A stretch of 64,000 nt of DNA from Balanoglossus misakiensis (Eukaryota; Animalia; Hemichordata), in the NCBI GenBank assembly GCA_040954595.2, contig CM082595.2:3953943-4017942 (forward strand), given 5' to 3'. Position numbers and translations under genes: made by a program. The notes under the pieces were generated by a model, which saw nothing but the letters and a program-made list of their open reading frames with translations, did no database searches and was not told the DNA's origin. Position 1 is the stretch's first letter. Every line of letters starts with the position of its first letter. Of the stretch, positions 14,701 through 27,275 are shown piece by piece.

Positions 14701-17700
14701 AAAAAGGTACATTTTTGTTAAACTCTGTACATATTCTTGCTTCATACAAAGCTTGACCTTTAATACTGACTTAGCAAAGTTGGAGACTGACAGAAAAAGT
14801 TATCTGTCAGGCTCGTACACGAACAAATACTTTTATGTCTTGTTGAACTATTTTTCATTTAGCCCTATTCCTGGAATATATCTTGGACGGATTTTGAACC
14901 AACTAATCAAGGACGCAAACAGACCCTTTAATCTTAATCAATCTGAGCCCGAAGGCTTACCTTTCAAAATCCGCCTGAACTACCCGGAACCGGAACCGGA
15001 AACGCACAATGCGCGTTAATTATTTCTTTGATTCCGAAATCGTTTTTTACAGAGAGAAAGGTCAAACTATTAAGTCAAACGTTTATATAATAAAGATCGT
15101 CAATTCTCCAATGAATGCACGGCAGTTACCTTAAATTCTAATGCGGTTACAACCATGAGGGGATGGGATGGTTACGGGTTATCCAAATGGGCAGACGGAA
15201 CGACAGAAATTATGAATAGATTTTGTATTTCCTTACAGGGGAACGCGAAACAACAAAGTAATAACGGCGTGACGTCACCACGCGCCTAATAAGACAAAGG
15301 AAATGGATAGTCACGGCTGAAAGCGACGTGAAAAACAGGAAGACAGAATGCGGTGCTTCTAAGTGGTTTTCGGGGGTGTGATTCATCTATTGTACGAGAG
15401 ATGGTTAAGTGTATCCTTACCCAAGTTTAACTAAAATGCGCTCGGAATAGTTGTAAATTGAGTGTGGGTGGTCGCGCGCTAATCAGTGAATATGTCCATT
15501 ACAAACATCATCAAATTGAGCGCGCTGCTGAGCACCATGGCAAATACTGTCATATTCACTCTCGCTTTAATTGTAAACGGGATTGAATTGAACTCTCGCG
15601 CTCTCTGTCACATCCGCGAAACGTGTTTAATATAACCCCGTATTAATCGTCCTCCTGGGTTACTCATCGCTGGTTATTGACGCCTTGAAACACGAGAATC
15701 CATTTTCTACAGTGTACTTTTTCTTAATATTTACTTTCCTCGCATTCTTCGTTTCTCCCGATTTTAACCGTAAACTAAACTAAATATTCCTATATTGGTT
15801 GCAATTTACTTACATTTGATGTGCGTTGTTTCTTTAGTTGGGATTTTCCTGGTCTTTCACAGTTCAACCATAGATGACTCTGCAAGATATTTGAAAAGTT
15901 TATATTTATTTGGAAACCTTATATTTGAATGAGCAATATCGAAATTAATGTATTCTAGCAATTTTCAAACTAACTTCTCCTTTCAAACACACAAGCCAGT
16001 TATAAGCAAAAAAAGTCGATCGAAGTGACCTTGGACGTGAAAATACAACTCTAACGTCGATTAGAAAAGACGGATAAATATTAGCAAACGATTAGGGTCA
16101 ATTTACTCGTTTAATCTAGGGCACTCTCGGGGTAAATAAATAATTTAGCGAAACCATGGTTACTTACTCTTACTGATGCCAAGGGTCGCTGCAATCGCAG
16201 CTTATCTGTTGTTTGGTCCAACGTCAATTATCCCATATCCACCGCCGGGCAGTAAACAGAGACCGTTTGAACTGAACTTTTGCCTTGACTGCAGATGCAC
16301 CATGGCTCTGTTCGCTTTCCAGTACCCACACCTGCAAAGTCAAAGTCAAGGTCAATGACCCCGTGAGCAAAACAGCGCACAATCTATTTCACAATGAACT
16401 GGAAAACAAGTATCATTTTCGAGTCAATATTGGTCTGCTTGCCCTCAGAAACTTTAATAGCAGTAGTATTCTGTAAGAGTGGCGTTTACCTTAGTTTCCA
16501 AACAAGGAAACACAAATCCAGCAAAAATGTGGGAAACGAACAAATAAACAAACGAAGTATTTCGTCATATAGGGTATAAATGTGGAGTTACATTTTTTTC
16601 CAATATGAAATATTTTTTTCTCCATTTTGATATAGTGTATATGACTATTCTCAGTACGTCAGTACATGTACTGTATTTTTCTGCATGTCACAACACAACA
16701 AGGGTTGTCAACACACAGTTATATGCTGGTACAGGCAACGCCCACTTCTACAAATCGATCTACTTTGTACTCGAAACTAATGGAGTACTTTCAATACTGT
16801 GACGTTTTTCAAAATTAAGATTTGGCACACAGCAGGCGCGCCTTCCAACTTCCAACCATCATTGTTTACCTCCCCGAACAAACGCAGTTGCTAGTGACGA
16901 CGCTAGCCATTATGCCATCAAAATTACTTGACAGGGGGAAAAGGGAAAATGCTTTTGGCGTCAACAGCCTATAAAACCAGGCGCCACGCTACTTAGAGGA
17001 ATTAAGGCTCTTTCGTGTCCTATCCATATTTCATACACAAGGCAATTCAGGGCTGCGCGTGCGGAGTCGTTGTTGCTCGTCAAAAGATTGTTTACCACTG
17101 GCCCCATTTCCGATTCTTTGAAATCAGAAACAAAGAAACATCCCTATCTGATGGTGAAGTGTGCACCTGTCGACAACGCCCAGTTTAATAACAAAGGTGA
17201 TTTGCAATAATCGCGTACTCTATCCTTCTTTCCATTCCTTATGCAGAGTCAATGACATTGGAAACTATTTCCATGGGAAATTGATGGCCTACGTGACAGA
17301 CACTGTTTTGCACGTATGTCCATGGATCAACCATGGTTGTGGCCACTAACACAGTTTTGACTGTAATAAAATTCGTACGAAGAACGCCAATGCCCTGTTT
17401 TCAGTTCAACTGATGTTTTTCGTTCCATATCTCGAGAAGATGACGGACGAGTCGAGCTTCCGGTGTCTGTGTTTCGTCGCGAGATAAAACGCGAGAGAAA
17501 ATCTTCGTGAGAAGGAAAATAAGGGTTGGCATCAGTGGCCTTTTTTGCTGCATCGTGTGCAGACCAGTCATCGTGTTCCTGTGCAATGTTCTGAAGTCAC
17601 AGAAAATAGACTGTGCCCCTTAAACATTGCTGTTGGACATGATCGAATGGTTGAACATCTGAAATACATGTAGAGCCTTTCCAGCTGGGACATTCTGTCT

Positions 17701-18504
17701 CTCAAACACTAGAGCACGTCTTAGATAGTATTCTACACACATTTAATACTTACAAGTGTTTCGTGGTTCGGGCGTTTCTTGCACGGTGGTGGGGTTTTCA
17801 AAACAGGACGATCGAAACGTGGATCGAACAGATCAGCCTTCATGACTTGTACGGCTCCAGAGATGGCGACTAGTCACCATTTAATGTCTTTCAAACCTGG
17901 AAATAGATCCATACGTCAATATTAATATACACTGAATTATTTCCCCAGCAATATATTGTATCTCTCGGTATGATTCTTATCCCCAGCTCAGTACAGATAC
18001 ATCACCACTCACTTCTCGACGTCTAACTCCGAGAGAGAATTTTTCCCTGTGAAAATGTCTACCATGGATGGCTTTCAGACCTTACAAGTTCGTCTCTCTC
18101 TCTTTTAAACAAAATCGCTATGCAATCGTTGATATTTATTTATTTAAATGACATTTCTTCAAATTGTATTAAATTCTCTTATTACAGAGATTAGTTTGAT
18201 GATGAACCACACACTGACAAAAATCACACACGTGTGGTCTCTGCTACGCGAGGTATCGGTTCGATGGCCTCAGACCAAGTTGAGGTCACTAAGGTCGTCA
18301 CGGTTCGTTCAACTCTTGATCTTAGACATCCGGGAATACTCTGATTTCGTTTGAAGACCTTGGTATAAGCTTTATTGAAGAACCTTAACGCGTGATATTT
18401 CAATATTTGGGGCAAATCACGCTCATGGCAGACCCTCCGGCCCTTTCACAAATTAGAGGAATGGGGACAGACAGACAGACATACAGACGGGTAGGCAGAA
18501 GTCG

Positions 18505-18606
<102 letters not shown>

Positions 18607-21509
18607 ACCAGTGGTAGTCCGACATCAACCGGCGAAACGTGTTGCCTATTATCAGCCACGCCCGTCTTTCTAAAACTAATATACTCTTTCGATAAAACAT
18701 GCCACCTAATGACACCAATAGCTTATATATTTACATGTGAGTATTGCTCCATGCTTCTCTGTAATTTTTAAGCCCTTAGGGCCGGGGAGTTTTCAACGCG
18801 AACCTCACGGAATCTCCCAAAGTCATATCTTCTATCGAGACAGCACGCTGAGCGACTTTGTTTGCACTTCGCACACATGGCAGCAGTCTAAAGTTTTGGT
18901 GTTGCTGACACGGCGTAATTGCAACAATTAACGGCGCTAAATTGAAAGTTCCGGATTTGATTTCAATCTGTTTGTTGTCATAGGACTTTCGCGGGTTTAA
19001 ACTTTCCTCCATGCCTCGGCCGCGTGAGAAATGTCCCTAGGGGGGTATGGGGGCACGCTGGATCGTGGACTATGCGCTAATAGTCAAACTGTACCAAATG
19101 CAAACGGGCAAAATTAATTGATAAATATTATGTTGCCTCGCAGTCTGGCCAAGTGTCGCCACATTCAGAGTTGTCCGGAGCCAACATCGTACCATCCATA
19201 GTAAAAATATAAAGATCTGCAAAACTCATACGGAGTTTCTGGGTAAAGAGATACGGCGCGGTCTCCAGTCTTTCGGACCCCCCAAGAATGGTAAATGACC
19301 CACCCCTAGCCGCGCAACAACCTTGAATTGGACGGATAGTGGAAGAAAGGAGGGTAATATTGTGATAGTCTGGCTAAATAATTACGAGTGCTTCCATTTA
19401 TCGAATTCTTCAATTGCTTCTGGGTTCTCGTTCCTGTTTATTTGTCTAAATTCTCGGTTCACTGGTAAAAAAATGGCGGACCTGGGCCACTAACTCTACT
19501 GGTCATGCTGTTGCCATTATTACCGACCTGTATCGGCTTCATTTTTTCTCTCCTCTCGCCGAAGAGATAGAATTTCAGAATACTCCCTTTCTAACAGAAA
19601 ATTACGTTTCAAAACAAAGCCATTTCAAAAGGGTAGCTAGCTGACGGTGAAACGTGAGATGCGGTGTGTCCTATACCGCGAAATTCGAGATAGGCGTTGA
19701 TTTTAATTGTAGGTGACGGGGGTGTAACGAAAACCCTGCATCTACTGAATCTGTGTAATTTACTGGAACAAATGCGAACGTCATGGTGGAGTATTGTTTG
19801 CTTGTAAATTGGGTCAAATATCATGAATGGTTGAAGATACGTCGACGGTATACTAATGGACTGACAGAGCTTTTCAGCAGTGAAACTTTTTTGCACTGAG
19901 AAACCGAAATATTAAGGCGATCCAACAAGCACACTTTCACGGAGCGACAGAGAGACGTCGTACGTAACACTGTTATACGGGCAATATAACAAACCGCAGG
20001 CACTCGAACACGGGCAAAGACAGAAGAATTATTGCCATTGATCAAAACATTAAATATATCTTAATTGCATCAGAGATAAGACGCTGACTGTTTGGAGGAC
20101 TCTACTCAATCGAATTATTTCTCTTAAGTGGGCTGGGCCCATCGCACTGAAGGAAAAATATCCTCGTCGTCACCAAGTCTCAGAGATTGTATCAAACCTA
20201 ATATAATTTCTATCTGCAAGGTAGAGCATAACGACGACGGAGTCACCTCGAATTTGCGGGTCAAGATGTACTAACGTGATAAAGTGGCCCTCCAGAGATT
20301 TCTTGTACGAGGCAACATATACGGCCAATAAGAAGAGAAGGACTCTCACGCGAAATGAATTGCGTGCACCCGAGTCAAAACGCTACCCCCTCCGTGCTTG
20401 AGAAAATTTCATCAGCGAAATCAGGTTACGCTGCGGCTGCGGAATCCGCCGGGGCAATAACTGGAGGGTCGCCCTGAAGCAAATTGATGCAATGGGCGAT
20501 AGCGTCGTGCAAAACTACAATAACAGCACGCAAAGGACTGTGAAATGTGGGGCTATCTGTCTGATAAAAAAGCAACGAATGGAACGCGGGATACTTCGCA
20601 TAGTTTCCACAGGAAACGACAATCTGTCGCTCAGAGCAAAGCTGGGCCGAATATTTCGACGACAGGGGCGTTCTTTGTTTGTTATTGGTATTAGAAGGGT
20701 TAATATTATCATAATTCAAACCGATGAACACAATATTTCAATAAACGGAAAGAAGCAAGAAATTATAATATTGAAATAATTATTAAAATGTACGGCATTG
20801 TCCCTTTAAATGACACAGCATGGAAATCGTGCTAATGCATAACAAATAGTTTATAGACTCTAGCCGTGAACTTCAACATCGTTGTTTATTTTCCTGGAGT
20901 TTTGATTTATTTTAAACAGTGCTATTACGTTTAGCCTACTTACACTCTAATGAAATATTTTTGATGTTTGTTTGTTTTTCTTTCGACGGAGTGCGACCGA
21001 GATATAGCCGCGAATTTAACGGCCAAATACTGCATATTTCAGAAATGAGTAAGTCTCCTAATCGTGGACTTGTTATCAGTCGCTGTTGGGAGCTTGTTGA
21101 TCCCGCTCATTGAAAAGGATAAGCGCAAGTCGGGTATCGAGTTAGCTCCTGAAAATATCCTCAAGTGAAATTGAGCAAAAACTATGAGAGAAAGTTTAAG
21201 ACTTTTCATTTTCAAGGCGCATTCACACGGTGCCGGGCCAATCGTCTACTTCCATCAACGGACAACTCGAGCTTATCATCCACTCGACTGGCAGTGCGTG
21301 ACAAAAGCCGAATTCTCATCATCGCTCGCGTTCGCAAACTTAACGCAAGCCCCATTCCGGACAAACTTGACTTTTCGCACAGTGGCGCAAACGTTCGCAA
21401 TGTTATAAATATCGCTGAAGTACGACAAGCTTAGCTGCCGGAACTGGTACGTCGGGATTTTTTTTCCACTTCACTCGAGAAAATCGGTCGGCAAGGGGAA
21501 AAAAATCAG

Positions 21510-21880
21510 CGACAGTGACGTCACTTTGGTTCATTTACACGACACAAACAGACTCCTGCAAACTGTGTACTTCGCAGTTCCTAGGCAACGGTTTTTAGCA
21601 ACTTGAAAACCCGTTCTAATTAAACGAAACCACGTCGTACTTGAAACAGAAAAACGTCGCCAACGGGGTCGCGTCTTCCTGGTTCGATTCGGGTAAAATA
21701 CACATTACAGTATGGTTGTCATGGAAACACATGGCATGTATTTTTGAGTTGATACTAATAGGCAGTGATAATCCCCAACCCTTTCGTTAGTTTCACTTAC
21801 TAAAACATTTTCCCAGTAAATTCAGCGTGCTAAACCCTGGTTTTCCAGGGTCTCAAAAATACCTGTCTCCCGTGGAAACA
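21510..21880. promoter_or_regulatory. Cluster of CRE and RFX (X-box)-like motifs; candidate enhancer or promoter
   Basis: GTGACGTCAC ~21515, GTTCCTAGGCAAC ~21577, GTTGTCATGGAAAC ~21715 and GTCTCCCGTGGAAAC ~21865. Confidence 0.4.
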
Positions 21881-23319
21881 GAACCCAATAGTACAAGCGC
21901 GCAAGTACGCATCGCATGGTTACGAGGCATACGTGTCCGCCCTTGACCGTATAGTGAAGTTTGTTTACAATAATCCCGGCTAATGACGCACTTGGGAGCG
22001 AACGGAAAGAGATTAAGGCCCTCCGTTATATAACTTTGTCACAAACGTCATTAACGAGTAAAATATGACGGCCATTCGGGGGATCATAATCGAGGTAAAT
22101 TGCCGTCCATTAAGTGTAGGGACACCGATAATTATATTGGCGTTCGATTGCGCCCCTACAGGCATTTCTGTTTAGTTTACTGGCATGTGAATAGTTTAAT
22201 GATCAATCGCCTATCCCTCGAGGGTCAGAAATCTTCAAGCGTGGTCAAATCTTGAACACCTAAAAGTTTCTCTGGTGTGGCCCGTGCCACAAGTGGCTAG
22301 CTCTAGTGTCTTGAAGACGGCCATTTTCTTCAACTTTAGGATAGTTTTATGACTTAATACATATTTACTGATCTGCTTGCGTGTTCAGTATTACGTTTTA
22401 TGACCGTATGCATACCATAAAGCGTAAACAATTTATATTATATACCACAGAACATGCATTGCCAATGAGGGACCCATTTTGACCCCGGGGGTGCTACACT
22501 ACACAAGATGGAACTTTTCAATTGACTTAAAAAAGGGTTTTACGAGTTTTATTTCGCACCGCACTGATAGTTTCCTAACCGATGATATTATAAAAATTGC
22601 AAGGAAATATTTAAATGTAAACTAATATTTACATGATAGGTACAATCATTTGAATATTCAAATTGTCGTGACCAGCACAAAATATATTTACATAGTCCAA
22701 GATATAAAATTAGTTTTCAATTAATGATTATCATACAAGTTGGGGGTGGGACAGTCCATATAATCTATTGGAAGCTGTACTTTGAGCTTGTAACAAATTC
22801 ATGGTACATGTACTAGGGCAGTTAGCCCTGGACATTTAACACATAAACACTTACCCTAATGCTGCCCTAACTATAGCTGTAACTGCTTGCCAAAATTTGT
22901 ATCACATTGCACCAACAATTGACTCGATTCCTGCCATTACATATTCAATTTCTAAAAATAAAAGAAAGATCATTTGTTCAGCCATCAAAATGTCCAGTCA
23001 ATTGACAAACAACCCCCCCCCCTCCCTTTCTCCTAGACTCCCCCCTTCCCTGCTTACTCCAAGACTTCACAAAGACATGGAATTTTCATTCATTAAAATA
23101 CTCCAAAGGCAACCAAGATTGATTTCTTGGTATTGTTACAGATTGAAAAAAAAATAAGTGGGTGTTAGTATGAAACTAACAAACGACAGAAGATTCATGA
23201 TGGTTACATCATAAAATAAAATAAAAAGTTACAACTGAATTTAAAAATGAAAAAAAAAATCTTAAATATATGAAAATCTTACATAAATCTCTGTACATAT
23301 GTACAATTCAGCAACTTCA

Positions 23320-23503
23320 TGTGTAAAACCAGTCTTAAATGAACCCTGTCTAATCGGAAAACCTGTCTATACCAAACATCCTTTGTCTATTTGACAAAGA
23401 ACCACGTGTGTCAAAGGATAGAACCTCTATAAACCAGACACCTCTGCAAACCGAACAATATCTTCAGCCCCTTTGGTGTTCGGTTTACACAGGTTTCACT
23501 ATA
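23320..23503. mobile_element. Degenerate Tc1/mariner (pogo/Tigger-like) MITE fragment
   Basis: Internal short repeats (aacctgtctat, aacctctataaacc) and a right end caggtttcact(a)ta resembling the element at 24849-24999. Confidence 0.4.
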
Positions 23504-23619
23504 CAATGTATTAACTATTACATGATTGATGTAAATTTACAAGTAAAATCATCCAACTCAGCCTACTTTATCAATATCTAATAAACAGTCCCAGCTTCTC
23601 GGATTCCAGGTGTCAGCCA

Positions 23620-25155
23620 TCAGATGTGCCATATACATGAACAGCACTTCACAGGTTCGTAGCACACGCCCATTCTTTCGCGTCTACTGAGCATCGAGTT
23701 TGGCCAGAAGTAGTTGATTACCCAGAAAGGCAGCATGACCGCTATAAACACTGGACAGAGAGAAAAAAACGAAGAAATCAGAATTTCTAAGTTGATGGTT
23801 GTTTTTTTTTCCAACTGCAAGTGTTTTAATTAAAGATGTGAAAATTGATGTCATTGTTATCGAAAAAGAGAATTTATTTCAGCAGACACAAGATTTAAAA
23901 ACATACCCATTGACAGCACACACAGGACCATTACTGCCAGTGATAAGTAGTACAATTCTGCAGAGTATACTGCCTGCAACGCAGAAAAAAACAATACCAA
24001 AATGTAGAAATTTCGAATAGACTTTGTTCCTATGTAAACAGCGCCCTCAATGTTCATTACGACTTTTTGAAAATCAGGATGAGTTTGGTCAGACTATGTT
24101 TTTTCAGAGAGAGTTTTGATTCAGCTGAAGCCCCGATGTATGGTTTCCAGTAGTTTGAACATGCCTCACGAAAACATTCTATTGAACAAGATGAAAAGTA
24201 CCATGCAGAAATCACTTACACAATCCTGTGCTTGGGCGGTGAGAATGGTGTAGACCAAACCGAACAGGAACGACGCCGCGCCGAAGATGTGAAATGCAAC
24301 TTTCAACTCGAACGGAACAGGATCCATCAGTGAAAAGAGGAACGAAAAACCTGCAATTACAATTCAGAAGATGCATTCATGTCAGAAGAGTATGGCTTGG
24401 ATTATCGATAGGCAGTGTAAAATTCAACAAAATGGCCATATTGCAATGATGAATTCTTCCTAACTTACCAATCATCCCAAAAGTGAAGACAATTCCAACA
24501 ATCAACAGTTCAAAGAGATGCTGTCCACAGTACCGCGTGCTGTGATCCCTGCAATGGTCAAATTGTACTTCATTAGCTGGTCAGGAAAATTAACTTGCTC
24601 CTTATAAATAATTAGAATTCAGTGCTGTTTACCTCAAGGGCAATTATGAGCACGAGTCTGGACCAGGTTTTAACACTCACAGTAACCTTTATCTTAACAA
24701 GTGTCACACAGAGTGAGAGAGATTTACACATGTAGATTTAAAAACTTACCGTGTGAGCACAAAGAACTGTGGCAGCAGCAAAGCAAATGTAAATATCAAC
24801 AGCACAATACGTCTGTAATGATATAACAAATCATTATTAGTACATGTACAGTCAAACCTGTGTTAGTGACCACCTCTATATACTGGCCACTTTGTTACAG
24901 TCCCCATGTACATTAATTGACCTGTCTATAAAGGCAACCTATCTATAAAGGCCAGTTTAGGAAACTCCCTTGACTGGCCACTATAGACAGGTTTGACTGC
25001 AGATTATAAAACGAATGTTACCCCCCCCCCCCCCCCCCCTTTGAATTAGCTCAGACGAAACCCTCTGAATGATGTACTTACGCTTTTAGTCGGTTATTCT
25101 TTGGAAACCATCGAACGAGATGGAAAACAGAATGCGCAAAGTAGTACCACCACAT
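23620..25155 (-). CDS. Uncharacterised 181-aa four-transmembrane protein with Cys-rich C-terminus (TMEM272-like architecture, inference)
   Basis: Six coding exons with canonical GT-AG and consistent phases: 25082-25155, 24750-24812, 24469-24548, 24220-24350, 23907-23973, 23620-23750 (546 nt). Translation: MWWYYFAHSVFHLVRWFPKNNRLKARIVLLIFTFALLLPQFFVLTRDHSTRYCGQHLFELLIVGIVFTFGMIGFSFLFSLMDPVPFELKVAFHIFGAASFLFGLVYTILTAQAQDCAVYSAELYYLSLAVMVLCVLSMVFIAVMLPFWVINYFWPNSMLSRRERMGVCYEPVKCCSCIWHI*. A probable non-coding first exon ends at a GAG|GTAGG donor near 25728. Confidence 0.9.
24849..24999. mobile_element. Tc1/mariner-type MITE in an intron of the four-TM gene
   Basis: Terminal inverted repeats CAGTCAAACCTGT ... 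ACAGGTTTGACTG, with TA immediately to the left, and no coding capacity. Confidence 0.75.
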
Positions 25156-26180
25156 TGTGCGCCCTGTAACAGAATATATAGACAGGCATTAGACAAATTA
25201 CGGGAGAACTCTTCTAGTACAACCACTTTTGATGGGAAACAATCCCACTGTATGATCATTCAATTTCATGTTTGTCTTTTCATTATATTTGTAGTGTTCA
25301 GTCCGAAAATATCATTCATACATGCTCAAACATAACATATCAAGTTCTGTACATCAACTGCACCCTTTTAACCATTGTAGTACACGTGTAACTACTGTAT
25401 ATAAACCCCTTCACCAAAATGTGTCGATTTCAGCCAAGCATGGCACGTTGCTAAGCGACGTGACGCTTTTGCTTGGCAAGCCGACAAAACCCAGAGCACG
25501 GCAAGGCAACCATAACAACTATGCTTCAGTCACATGTATCAGATATACAGTGCATGGTGGTTGAATTACGCCACGTCCAAACCAAATCAACAGGTGGTTA
25601 TAGTATTCACAGGACTGACGGCCATTCAATCAAAGAAAGTTTTGATGGACGCTCGTTGTTTGATTTCATTTTATCGCTTCCTTGCTGTACTCCGGAAAAA
25701 AAGAAAGCTATAGCTATACAGGCCTACCTCACAGCTAGGTACACGTATGCGGTAAAGTGGGACGGAGAGTTGTGAAACGGCTATACAGCGACGTTTCTGT
25801 TGTCTTCAAAGCCGTTTCCTTCGTCTTCCTTTGACCAAAATAAGAAATGGCGACGTGAACTGCTGCGCATTACATACGGCGCAGGTTGATTCCATTATTT
25901 GCAATCACGGAAAAAGACGAGGGACAGGATTGCGGAGGGGCACGTACATTGTATATATAAAACACACGATATTTCTTTCTTTTCGTGAAATAGGGATGTT
26001 TTAACCACTTAAATATGCCTGTAGCAAATACAAACGGTCTTTCAGATTGCTGATATGTGTACTTCACACAGTGGTGCTTGAAATGCAATTTTAAGGACGT
26101 AAAAACGTCATAATTAGTCAAAATGCAGTTTTTAACTGATTTTTAGTTCAAATAACGGAAATATAACAGCGATTCAGGCT

Positions 26181-26265
26181 GTCTCCGTGGCGCAATGGAC
26201 TAGCGCACCGGACTTCTAGAATTTATGACATTCGGAGGTTGTGGGTTCGAGTCCCACCGGAGACG
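26181..26265 (+). tRNA. tRNA-Arg (anticodon TCT) with an 11-nt intron (26219-26229)
   Basis: Acceptor stem GTCTCCG/CGGAGAC, D arm GCGC-AATGGACTA-GCGC, anticodon stem CCGGA/TTCGG with CT-TCT-A, intron at the canonical 37/38 position, T arm GTGGG-TTCGAGT-CCCAC, and T-runs (Pol III terminator) just downstream. Confidence 0.95.
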
Positions 26266-27275
26266 AAGGCTCTTTTGTTCTCTATTTTTGGGACTTCCGT
26301 TTCAGGGCGGATGTTATGTCACAGGAGAGGTGTTACTCGGTCATGCAGACTGTCACCTTTTCAGAGCATATTCAAATTTTAAGGCCAACGAAACAGTGAG
26401 CGTGGAAGTAGTATTTGCATCGCGCCCTCATACTAATGAATAACGAGAAATTATCATCACGATCGCATCGACTAAAAATCGTGTCAAGGACACGGTGGTC
26501 CCATTGAGGGATTACACAAGAAAAAGTCTACACCGGAGTACATGGCCATATACAGACAGACAGACAGACAGACACACACATAGCGAGAGATCAATGGGCA
26601 AGCACATAAGCTGCCAATGGCATATGTACTGTACATACACTAAATAGAACAGCTGGCCTCTTCACACAATCCTCAATCACAGGAGGGGACTTCCTGCCTA
26701 ATTAAAAAAACTCAATAAAGTAAATACACAATTAACAATTATCATGATTTATTCTACTGAATTATTGACATACTTTACAGTCCTCATATTCCGAATTTGC
26801 AAAATTTCTTGAACACAGTACAGACACATAACGTTTATACTTTTGTGGATTTCATATCCTTAGTAAATCATAATTCTGCAATTATATTAATCATTTCCAT
26901 TGATTCTTCAGAACTTGTTTGGTGGTCAAAATGCTATCTTCCTGAGTGACTGTGCAATATTTTTGTCAAAATCGTCTATTACCATCAGCATTTGACAATA
27001 CCACGAGAAGCTAATTTTTTCTATGGGTAAATTTCACTTCTCCAGGAAAACCCAGGAATGACTGCAATTTTCATATCTTTCCCAGGGAAGAAATTGAAGA
27101 AATAAAGAACATAAATAAGACAAAAGCAGAACCTGTCATCATCAAAGCATTTCAGAAAACATATGGTGTGTGTGTGATATCAAGTGAAATATCTCAGTCT
27201 TCAAATAATCTTTTTTTATAAATCAGTGATATGATCTTCGAAATTATCAACAGTCTTCGTGATTAGTGGCGACCA

